Shown: piece after piece, positions 1 through 7,820 of the stretch | How the letters are laid out: every line of letters begins with the position of its first letter | Position numbering within the stretch: position 1 is the first letter of the stretch | From: a virus | Taxonomy: Duplodnaviria > Caudoviricetes | Length of the DNA stretch: 26,907 nt | Strand: one strand, 5' to 3' | Virus record (IMG/VR): IMGVR_UViG_3300011335_000666 | Location: 1 to 26,907 of that record | Notes under the pieces: generated by a model | Seen by the model: only the letters and a program-made list of their open reading frames with translations | Told to the model about the DNA's origin: nothing | The model's database searches: none | Translations under genes and position numbers: made by a program

Positions 1-476
1 CCTTGTGCTTGTTCACTCAATAGATCAGCTATGAATGCTGCTACGTCTTCAATTGTGTTTAGTGAACCTCTATCTACATATAGGAAGAATCCTTTGTAGT
101 CTACAATTTCACCTGTTGCTTCATCAACAACTGGTTCCATTTCAAAACCCATTTGTTGTGCGTGCTCCCAATTCCATTTCATCTCAGTCACAATGAAGAT
201 AGGTAATACACCCATCTTCTGTGCTGCTACAGCCGCTTCTAGCATTGCTGTTGTTTTACCCGTATCCGAGTGGCCACGTAATAGTGTTATGTGGCCCATC
301 GGAATACCAGGCAATGAAATAACATCTTGGAAGGCTTTAGACAGTTGAATCCATTTTTGTGGTTTGAATTTAACCGATTGATCTAAAAACTTGCTCTTTT
401 TGAATGAAGACAGATCAAATGTCTTGTTAAGCGAATTGCTTACCACCTCACTCAGTGAGCTCTTACCTTTTGCCAT
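1..476 (-). CDS. uvsX: RecA/UvsX-like recombinase, N-terminal part (runs off the left edge)
   Basis: Not in the ORF track; translated by hand from ATG at 476: MAKGKSSLSEVV...GIPMGHITLLRGHSDTGKTTAMLEAAVAAQKMGVLPIFIVTEMKW. It has the RecA-type G(I/L)PxG motif, Walker A GHSDTGKT and a catalytic-Glu-like TE motif, and lies directly downstream of the SSB gene. Confidence 0.88.
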   Translation of the reverse strand, partial: MAKGKSSLSEVVSNSLNKTFDLSSFKKSKFLDQSVKFKPQKWIQLSKAFQDVISLPGIPMGHITLLRGHSDTGKTTAMLEAAVAAQKMGVLPIFIVTEMKWNWEHAQQMGFEMEPVVDEATGEIVDYKGFFLYVDRGSLNTIEDVAAFIADLLSEQAQ

Positions 477-493
477 AAATTTTGTTTAATTGA

Positions 494-1321
494 TTACGAA
501 AATAAATCGTCGAACTTGTCAGACGGACTTGCTTTAACTGCTGTTGTATCCAGTTTATACGTTTGTTCTACTGGTTTTTGCATTTCAGTTAGGAAATCGT
601 CTTCTTCCTCTTCTTCATCCTTAGATGCGATTGGAGCGTCAGTGTCTTCTTCGCTATCTGGATTTAGCCACTTATCTAATAAATCTTTCAATTCATCAAA
701 TGAATAGTGTTTGTTGATACCGAGAATGTCTGGTTGTTCATCTAATGCTTTTGTTACGATAGTAGCATCATCAGAGATAGCGGATGTTTTAGGTTTAACA
801 CGAATGTTACATTTGATACCTTTTCTACCAGCAACTACATCTTCTACTGCTTCAATTGTAAAGTCACGTCCATCAGTGATGTCTGTGAAATCACCATAAT
901 CTTCGTCTGCAGCGATACCTAATAATTGCTCATAAATTAATTTACCAAATTCCCATAGGCGAGGGCCTTGTGCTTCTTCACCACGTACCAATACTGGGAC
1001 GAAGTAACGTAATTTTGGTTCAATTTTTTTAGCTAATTGCCAATCTTCTTTGTCAGCAGATTTGCGGAGATTCTTTGCGAATTCAGCGATTGGGTCTTTC
1101 TCGTTCCAATTAGTCAATGCTAAGATTGGTCCTTTGGAGAAACCATAGTGGAAATAAACTTCGCGGAATGGGTTTGATTTGTCGAACTTAGAGGGGAGAA
1201 TCCTGATCTGATACTTGCCTGGTTTTGGCTTGAAGAAAATCTTTGTGTAATCGACTTTTTCACGTTTTTGTCCTTTTGTTTGAGAAGCGGACAACTTCTG
1301 CTTGATGACTGATAAGTCCAT
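494..1321 (-). CDS. T4 gp32-like single-stranded DNA-binding protein
   Basis: 275 aa with IRILP, FHYGF, YFVPVLVRG and D.TD...GRDF motifs typical of gp32-like phage SSBs; strongly acidic C-terminal tail ending FDDLFS; located between the polymerase and recombinase genes. Confidence 0.85.
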   Translation of the reverse strand: MDLSVIKQKLSASQTKGQKREKVDYTKIFFKPKPGKYQIRILPSKFDKSNPFREVYFHYGFSKGPILALTNWNEKDPIAEFAKNLRKSADKEDWQLAKKIEPKLRYFVPVLVRGEEAQGPRLWEFGKLIYEQLLGIAADEDYGDFTDITDGRDFTIEAVEDVVAGRKGIKCNIRVKPKTSAISDDATIVTKALDEQPDILGINKHYSFDELKDLLDKWLNPDSEEDTDAPIASKDEEEEEDDFLTEMQKPVEQTYKLDTTAVKASPSDKFDDLFS

Positions 1322-1366
1322 GTTATGTTGTTTTTAAGTGAGGTGTTCTATGAACACAATATTTAG

Positions 1367-1397
1367 TGAATCTATGATTCTTATTTTGCTTTCCAAA
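1367..1397 (-). promoter_or_regulatory. Bacteroidota-type sigma70 promoter candidate upstream of the SSB gene
   Basis: Minus strand reads TTTG-N19-TAGATTCA, resembling the Bacteroidota -33 TTTG / -7 TAnnTTTG consensus; 16 of 17 nt are identical to the element upstream of the polymerase gene (1383-1399 vs 3582-3598). Confidence 0.6.
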
Positions 1398-1427
1398 ACT
1401 TATTTTAAGCCTTCTTGAGAAGGTTAT

Positions 1428-1811
1428 TTATATACTTGATACTCCAGTACTGCTAATTAAGGCTTCTCTACCGTCCTCTGTTTCAATAGCAAGTAGTACA
1501 TCTGGCTGTGATGGGTGATCTATGATATCAAATACCTTGCCTATATCACCTGCCTTTACTTGATCATTTACTTTTTTATTTTTGAAAGCGAGTTGCCTAA
1601 ATAGGTCACTATATTCTTTGTATATACTACCAGTGTCTACTACTTTAACATCGCCTCCTAGTCTAATCCCTTGATCTATAAGTTCTTTACGATCTCGTGC
1701 AACGTGTGGTCCGGGTTTAATAATTCTGTTTCTGTCATATACGTCTATATTTTCTTTTAAAATACCAGCCAATTGCTGCATTCTTTTAATTTCGTTAATT
1801 TGTTGTTTCAT
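1428..1811 (-). CDS. Hypothetical protein, possible internal head protein
   Basis: 127-aa ORF with N-terminus MKQQINEIKRMQQLAGILKEN containing (I/L)xE sites; preceded by the ATATTTAT motif at 1816-1823. Confidence 0.6.
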   Translation of the reverse strand: MKQQINEIKRMQQLAGILKENIDVYDRNRIIKPGPHVARDRKELIDQGIRLGGDVKVVDTGSIYKEYSDLFRQLAFKNKKVNDQVKAGDIGKVFDIIDHPSQPDVLLAIETEDGREALISSTGVSSI

Positions 1812-1815
1812 GTAT

Positions 1816-1823
1816 ATAAATAT
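1816..1823 (-). promoter_or_regulatory. ATATTTAT late-promoter-like motif
   Basis: Exact copy of the recurrent motif, 4 nt upstream of the ATG at 1811. Confidence 0.55.
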
Positions 1824-2245
1824 TAATTTCTACTAAAATCTACAATCTTATGTATGGCAGTATCTAATTTTCTTAGATCAGGGCCATTAGTTAATAATAT
1901 GCTATTTTTATAATCCTGCCAATTCACTATAAAATTCTTATCCATTCTACCACCATTCAATGTTTTAATTAATGTATTTAATGCATTGATAGTATATAGA
2001 GTATTAGACTCTTTCTTTCTGTGTAACAGGATAGTGTTAGCCATAGGCGACGCCGTCATATTACCTGTATCAATATTATACGTACATATCAATTCATCAC
2101 TTTGTGGTGACTCTAATACAAATATTTTATTAAATAATATTGAGTATTTGCGATTAATAGTCGCTACCGTTTCCTCTAGGTCTGCTGGTGAGGTGAATGA
2201 GCAGAAAAGCTTGTTCAAGTCAAAAAATTCGTTTAATTGTTCCAT
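1823..2245 (-). CDS. Hypothetical protein of the replication block
   Basis: 140-aa ORF immediately downstream of the polymerase gene, with basic/aromatic motif LLHRKKESNTLYTINALN; no family recognised. Confidence 0.7.
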   Translation of the reverse strand: MEQLNEFFDLNKLFCSFTSPADLEETVATINRKYSILFNKIFVLESPQSDELICTYNIDTGNMTASPMANTILLHRKKESNTLYTINALNTLIKTLNGGRMDKNFIVNWQDYKNSILLTNGPDLRKLDTAIHKIVDFSRN

Positions 2246-2246
2246 T

Positions 2247-2254
2247 ATAAATAT
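2247..2254 (-). promoter_or_regulatory. ATATTTAT late-promoter-like motif
   Basis: Exact copy 1 nt upstream of the ATG at 2245, inside the palindrome TATAAATATTTATA (2246-2259). Confidence 0.5.
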
Positions 2255-3547
2255 TTATATTTTCTCCAAACCATGATACGTCTTGCCCTGCTTAACGTTA
2301 ATAGGGTAGTGTATTAGTTCTTTGATGTTAGTTAATAAGTCCTTACCATCTTCCTCAGCATAATCAAATAAAAATGCATCATAAGTATAAAGAACAAGTT
2401 TAGTTTTTTTATCTTTTAAATAGGTTAATATGTTATCTAACATCGCTACGTTATTGGATGTTTCATGACTTTGAACAATATAATTTAATAATTTGGATTG
2501 TGTCATTTCTTTATCCAATGTAAATATACGATTACGTGTTGCGTATTGTTTACCATATTGATATTCATCCCATATACCATCTGTTAGTGTTACAATATCT
2601 TTAAAGAAGGGTTGATTGCGGTATTCTTTCCATACACCACCATATAATTGTTTAAATGTTAATTCCTTAGCTTCTTGAGGTGATACACCCAATAATTCAC
2701 CTAATAATTCATATGTGTTTTTATCACCAAAATTAAATCCAATCATATCACCTAATATGCGTGGGTGATATCCCTGAATATCAAATTCAACAAATTTATC
2801 GTTTGTGGGTCTGTAGCATGCTCGCTCACCATTATTTTTATCCAGCGCAACAAAATTAATACTATTGTATGTGTTTGATGGCCTACCAGTTAATGTATAT
2901 AAATTGTATTGACTGTATATTCTACCTTTGCTAAGGTTGAGTTGTGGATATGATAAGTTAGCGCCATAAGCATCAATAAAGCATTGCTTATCTACTTTAA
3001 TACCATTTGATTCTATAGCGTGAAATACACGCGTTAATGGGCCGTTATTAAACGCATAAACAACGTTATTTGCGCGGTACTGTTGGATTATTGGAAGTAC
3101 TATATCAAATATATTCTCGCATTCTTCATAGTGTTTACTAATTGGAATTAGTTTATTTGTTATAGGATTGGCTGTGTGTTGTCTATAATAGAATGTATGA
3201 CATGATGTAAATACACCTGTTAGATCTGGGTGTTCAATAAAATTGATGTCATATAGTTTATCTGAGTAGTTAAAATGATACAGTGCTTCTTTCTTATTCA
3301 GTACGAATAAGCGATCAGTATTTCCTAATAACCAGTTAAGTGTTTCTTGTTTGTCTAATGCAAATGATTCGTTGTGATCTAAACACAGCATATACCCTTT
3401 ATGTTGTGTAATATCACGAACATAAATTAAACTTAATGGGCTTAATTTGGGATGGTAGTTGTCGTTTTGTTGAATGAAGTGAATGAAGCAATCATTAAAC
3501 GGACCTAATTTATCTAGTTGTTCTTGTCTCTCTATAATATAAAACAT
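2255..3547 (-). CDS. Family A DNA polymerase-like protein, reduced and divergent
   Basis: PolA motifs in correct order: IESNGIKVD, TGRPSN (cf. TGRLSS), motif A FDIQGYHPRIL (cf. DYSQIELRIL), motif B AKELTFKQLYGG, NYIVQS (cf. N.PIQG), motif C LYTYDAFLFD (cf. VHDEL). Only 430 aa. Confidence 0.85.
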   Translation of the reverse strand: MFYIIERQEQLDKLGPFNDCFIHFIQQNDNYHPKLSPLSLIYVRDITQHKGYMLCLDHNESFALDKQETLNWLLGNTDRLFVLNKKEALYHFNYSDKLYDINFIEHPDLTGVFTSCHTFYYRQHTANPITNKLIPISKHYEECENIFDIVLPIIQQYRANNVVYAFNNGPLTRVFHAIESNGIKVDKQCFIDAYGANLSYPQLNLSKGRIYSQYNLYTLTGRPSNTYNSINFVALDKNNGERACYRPTNDKFVEFDIQGYHPRILGDMIGFNFGDKNTYELLGELLGVSPQEAKELTFKQLYGGVWKEYRNQPFFKDIVTLTDGIWDEYQYGKQYATRNRIFTLDKEMTQSKLLNYIVQSHETSNNVAMLDNILTYLKDKKTKLVLYTYDAFLFDYAEEDGKDLLTNIKELIHYPINVKQGKTYHGLEKI

Positions 3548-3565
3548 AATTCATAACCTTTGAGA

Positions 3566-3596
3566 TGAAGATACGAAAGGAATTTTGCTTTACAAA
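3566..3596 (-). promoter_or_regulatory. Bacteroidota-type sigma70 promoter candidate upstream of the polymerase gene
   Basis: Minus strand reads TTTG-N19-TATCTTCA; near-identical upstream half to the SSB promoter candidate. Confidence 0.6.
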
Positions 3597-3598
3597 AC

Positions 3599-4111
3599 CT
3601 AATAACCTCGAGCATCTGACACTATCCAATCTGAAACTCCTGGAATTTGCTGTTCTGCTTCTTCTATTGATTTATTTTGTGCATTATATTCCCCTACAAA
3701 TGTTGTTTGGTATAAAGGATTATTTTGAAGTGAAACATAAGTTTCTTCATTAATTCTTTTAATAATATTTGTATTTATTTTTTTGCAATAAAAATTAATT
3801 TCTTTTAAATCACCTTCTTTAGCATTTCCTCCTACAGGTAAAGATATTACTTTATTTTCTTTAAATATTTTTTGATTTGATATTGCGCTGTATCGTTTTG
3901 TTTGAGGATTTTGTTTTAAAATATTAATATTGTCTGAATTTATTTTTATTAGGACAGGAGCATCATATCTAAATTCTCTCCCAGCAAATATTTTATCGTT
4001 CATTTCATAATAATATCCTTGATATTCTTTGTAAGAAGACTCATATATAAGCTCTTTTCCAACAGTGTATTTATTAGATACAATTTGATTTAATGGTACT
4101 CTTATTGACAT
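3599..4111 (-). CDS. Hypothetical protein, probably virion/baseplate associated
   Basis: 170-aa ORF starting 1 nt after the stop of the hub/lysin gene; last gene of the tail operon; function inferred from context only. Confidence 0.6.
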   Translation of the reverse strand: MSIRVPLNQIVSNKYTVGKELIYESSYKEYQGYYYEMNDKIFAGREFRYDAPVLIKINSDNINILKQNPQTKRYSAISNQKIFKENKVISLPVGGNAKEGDLKEINFYCKKINTNIIKRINEETYVSLQNNPLYQTTFVGEYNAQNKSIEEAEQQIPGVSDWIVSDARGY

Positions 4112-4112
4112 A

Positions 4113-7100
4113 TTAATATGTTATTCCTTTTTTAGCTAAAAGTGACTTTATTTCTTTTAATTCATCACTATTTAACTCTTTACTTAGAGTTGTTTTTAAA
4201 TTTGCTGTATAATTAATTCCGGCATCAATTGTTCTTGTTCCATAAGCCGCTATAGTATTACTCCAATCATTTTGATTACTTAATCTATTCAATTGTGCTT
4301 TAATATTATCTTCATCAGTATCATATCTATTTAAAGCATCAAATAATTGAGCTGCTACCCCTTTGGCATTTACAGGTGGTGGTGGTGGTGGCGGTGGTGG
4401 TGCTGGTGGAGATAATAGTCGTTGAAGCATATTTATAATTTTATTTGTTGGGGGAGGATCACCATGACCTGACCCAGAACATATAACGTGAGTAAATATT
4501 CCAGCATCATCTTTTGTAGCTCCTTTACCTCCATTTGGTTTTTGAGGGAAATAAGATTTACCTGCTTCTGGTATTCCTGGGAATCCAAATACGTTTTTAT
4601 ATATACTACTTAAATCTTTAGTATAATTAAGTTTAATTCCTGGGTTTCTTTTTAGTATTCCTCTTAAAAGTGTTTCTAATGCATTTATTTGAACATCTGA
4701 GTATTGTTCAAAATACCTCCTACCATTCCAGCTAAAACCTATATCTTCCATGACAGTACCTGTTCCTTTAGCTAAAGGACTTTTAGTAGCATCTGTTACT
4801 ATTACTCCACGCGAGTTTTCATAACCACTAAATATATTACCTATTTCAATTCCTATTGATCCAGGATTTTTATTATTAGCATGCCATCCTATTAAATTTT
4901 CATCCATTCCCTGGACAACATTTCCTTCTCTATCAACAGCATAATGAATACTAAGTTTTTCATTAACAAAATTAACTGTACTCAAAGCACTACCATACCC
5001 TGCAGTACAGTGTAACACTATTGAATTTGGAGTTTGTTTACCACTATTATTTTTATTATAATTTTTTACATTTCCTGTATTTGTTCCAGGGACATATGTA
5101 GGAACTTTATCACTACCATCATTGGTTGGAGCACTTGGCGGTCCTGCTGGGGCTTTAGGAGATGGTGGTATTTTTTTAACTCTTTCTACCTCTCTAGCTT
5201 TTGTAGCAATAGCATCTGATATTGATTTTAAAGATTTGCTTTTTGCTGCTGTTCCATCTAATATAATAAATTGTGCTCCTAAAGTAGTTTTCCAGTCATT
5301 GTCGCTACCGATAGAATGAGCTACACTTGTTACTAAATAACCAATTAAAGCACCAACATCACCCCCTTTATATCCACGTGGTAATAGATCTCCTGGTATT
5401 TTAAACATAGATCCAATTATTATTCCTCCAATACCGTCCATTTCAATGGATAATTTAGTTGGAATAATAGCAGTATTATTGTTTTTATCGGCAGTTAATA
5501 CTTTTGTGTATGAAATAATATCTTTTAAAGCATTGGTATATTGAGATGCTTTTGCTTTATCAAATGTTGCACCTCCTCCAAAAAATCTAGTTATTGAGTT
5601 TCCATCATCTAAACTAGAAAAATATTCTGCTATTGTAGTTAAATTTGTTTTAAGATTTTCTAATTGACTACCATCATCTGGAGTAGGAACTGAAGGAGGT
5701 AATTCTTTTTTCTTGACAATTCTGTCTTCTAAATTTTGATTAAAATCAATTAATGTATTATCACCTTGTCCTAGTGCTCCTCCTTTAGCTTGAGCTCCAA
5801 TAGCTACAACAGAGGATTGTTCTGGGAATATTTGTGATTCTAATTTATATGAGCGGACTGTTGATCTTGTATTGTGCATTTCTAATAAAAAAGCATTAGC
5901 ATATGCATCTGCTTTTGTTCTTTCATCTACATAATTAACATCTATAATTCTAGCTATAGAATCTGTTGGATCAACATGAATGTCAAAATTTGAATTGTTT
6001 CCTATAGAAGCATTAATTCCAGACATCATGTTTTTAATAAAATCAAATAAATTTATATCCTTTTTTTCACTTTTATCCTGTGATGCTAATCCATCATCTG
6101 TGATTAAAGTATATAAATAAGCTAAATTAACATATATATTTTCTATTACTCCATAATAACCATTATCTTTTGGAGGTTTTAAAAATTCATCACTTTCTGG
6201 GATGCCAGCTATTACTTCATTAGCGGTATTTCCTGCTTCGGAAGCAGCTCCTGCGTCTCCTCCTGCTGAGGAGGAGGAGGTTGTAATAGAATTTTTAAAT
6301 AATGTGTTTTTAATTAAACAAATTGTTGGATCCATTGATATTTGATATGGATGTCCAAGGCATAAAAGAGGATCATTTGGTTTAGAATGTTGAAATCCTT
6401 CTGTCAATGATATTTCTACTATAGGACTTGTTCCGTCACTTAGTAAAATATATTTATTAAGTACAGCAATAAAATCTTTTAACTTTATATATATATTTTT
6501 TGGTTCAGAAACAAAAGTTTCTGGTTTGTCTCCTCCTTCTGTAGATGTAGATGATGTATCTCCTTCTGATTTAAATTCATAACAATAAAAATTATATCCT
6601 AGTAAAGACTGCCCTGCTTTACTTTCAATTTTCCCAACATCCTTTAATGTTATATACATTTCATATAATATCCCAGCTAAATAACTTCTTTGATATGCTT
6701 TATTAAGAGGTCCATCTTTTTTGAAATTTTCAGCATCTGCTTTTCCAAAAACCCCTTTTTCTGCTGAGTTAGTATTAGCAAGAACATGATTTATTTTTAA
6801 TGATTCAATAATTTCTCCCATTGTAATTAATGTAGTGGAGCAATCATATCCTCCATCTGGGCGAGCAGACCAGCTATAGTTTTTTACAAATCCATATAAA
6901 CCATGATAATTTCCCCCTGAGTTTAATGATTTATTATATAAATCTTTCCATATTGCTTCTTTTGTTGGACCTCCAGCTAGTACAGTGGTATTAAAATCAA
7001 TTGTTGATCCTAATCCTCCGCTATTTGTTAAATATGGTATCCATCCCCATTCTAATAATACACTATAATTGGGGCGCATATACAATAATTCTAATTCTTC

Positions 7101-7496
7101 TAATTGTTTTATATCCCAACAAACAAAATTAACAGTAGCTTCCATTAATGAACCATATGCTGATTTTGTTTTTACATCTATACCAGTAATACCAGGCATT
7201 GGACGCATACCTAATCTATGCTTTTCTCTTCCTGTTGTTGTACTATATGCATTTTCAGTTCCTGTTCCTACTCCTGATTTTGGTTGACTAGAACCAAATA
7301 AGACACCTCCAAGTAGTACATAATCTTGAGCTAAATCTGAGCTTCCATTAACGTTTACAGCAGAGGTCATTTTAACCCATGCTGTACGTGCATTAAAATA
7401 TGTTATAGCAGTAGCGTCTCGCTTTTGTATAGCAGCTTGACGAGCTTCTAGCTGTGCTCTAATTTCAGGTTTGAATGATTCTTTAAATATCGACAT
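4113..7496 (-). CDS. Baseplate hub-type tail-associated lysin with N-acetylmuramoyl-L-alanine amidase (Amidase_2-type) domain and C-terminal annexin-like repeat
   Basis: 1127 aa following the LysM/gpX-like gene. Amidase_2 signatures IVLHCTAG, SIHYAVDREG, GWHA, NPGSIGIEI, YSDVQINAL, FTH and GDP lie at about 4450-5030, flanked by Pro-rich linkers. The N-terminal hub assignment is from gene order and size. Confidence 0.78.
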   Translation of the reverse strand: MSIFKESFKPEIRAQLEARQAAIQKRDATAITYFNARTAWVKMTSAVNVNGSSDLAQDYVLLGGVLFGSSQPKSGVGTGTENAYSTTTGREKHRLGMRPMPGITGIDVKTKSAYGSLMEATVNFVCWDIKQLEELELLYMRPNYSVLLEWGWIPYLTNSGGLGSTIDFNTTVLAGGPTKEAIWKDLYNKSLNSGGNYHGLYGFVKNYSWSARPDGGYDCSTTLITMGEIIESLKINHVLANTNSAEKGVFGKADAENFKKDGPLNKAYQRSYLAGILYEMYITLKDVGKIESKAGQSLLGYNFYCYEFKSEGDTSSTSTEGGDKPETFVSEPKNIYIKLKDFIAVLNKYILLSDGTSPIVEISLTEGFQHSKPNDPLLCLGHPYQISMDPTICLIKNTLFKNSITTSSSSAGGDAGAASEAGNTANEVIAGIPESDEFLKPPKDNGYYGVIENIYVNLAYLYTLITDDGLASQDKSEKKDINLFDFIKNMMSGINASIGNNSNFDIHVDPTDSIARIIDVNYVDERTKADAYANAFLLEMHNTRSTVRSYKLESQIFPEQSSVVAIGAQAKGGALGQGDNTLIDFNQNLEDRIVKKKELPPSVPTPDDGSQLENLKTNLTTIAEYFSSLDDGNSITRFFGGGATFDKAKASQYTNALKDIISYTKVLTADKNNNTAIIPTKLSIEMDGIGGIIIGSMFKIPGDLLPRGYKGGDVGALIGYLVTSVAHSIGSDNDWKTTLGAQFIILDGTAAKSKSLKSISDAIATKAREVERVKKIPPSPKAPAGPPSAPTNDGSDKVPTYVPGTNTGNVKNYNKNNSGKQTPNSIVLHCTAGYGSALSTVNFVNEKLSIHYAVDREGNVVQGMDENLIGWHANNKNPGSIGIEIGNIFSGYENSRGVIVTDATKSPLAKGTGTVMEDIGFSWNGRRYFEQYSDVQINALETLLRGILKRNPGIKLNYTKDLSSIYKNVFGFPGIPEAGKSYFPQKPNGGKGATKDDAGIFTHVICSGSGHGDPPPTNKIINMLQRLLSPPAPPPPPPPPPVNAKGVAAQLFDALNRYDTDEDNIKAQLNRLSNQNDWSNTIAAYGTRTIDAGINYTANLKTTLSKELNSDELKEIKSLLAKKGITY

Positions 7497-7507
7497 AACA
7501 TTATTTT

Positions 7508-7819
7508 TTATTTAGCTTTATTAAATTGTTCTACTTGATTTAACACATTACTAACATTAGCCGGTATTCTTAATTGAAGACCAGGTTGTGGAAATAATGA
7601 TCCCTTAGTTGCATTATTATTAGCTACAGCTATTATCCACCATAGTTCTGGGTCTTTATAGTATGTGTAAGCTAAAGCATCAAGTCTATCTCCTATTGTT
7701 GTTATAATATACGTATCATTTTCTGATAAAGGAATATTAGGATAAAATTTACCTCTATAGTATGGTGCACCACTTGATGTTTTTAATATATCTTTATTAT
7801 TATATCTTGTACTACTCAT
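7508..7819 (-). CDS. LysM / P2 gpX-like baseplate protein
   Basis: GDRLDALAYTYYKDPELWWIIAVAN...PGLQLRIP is the typical LysM-like tail X pattern, in the expected position between the tube-initiator and hub genes. Confidence 0.85.
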   Translation of the reverse strand: MSSTRYNNKDILKTSSGAPYYRGKFYPNIPLSENDTYIITTIGDRLDALAYTYYKDPELWWIIAVANNNATKGSLFPQPGLQLRIPANVSNVLNQVEQFNKAK

Positions 7820-7820
7820 A

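Noticed and set aside
1408-1425. Terminator after the 127-aa ORF
   Set aside because: Only a 5-bp stem on the coding strand (CCTTC/GAAGG) and no U-tract.
4374-4409. GGT trinucleotide microsatellite
   Set aside because: Encodes the poly-proline linker of the hub/lysin protein.
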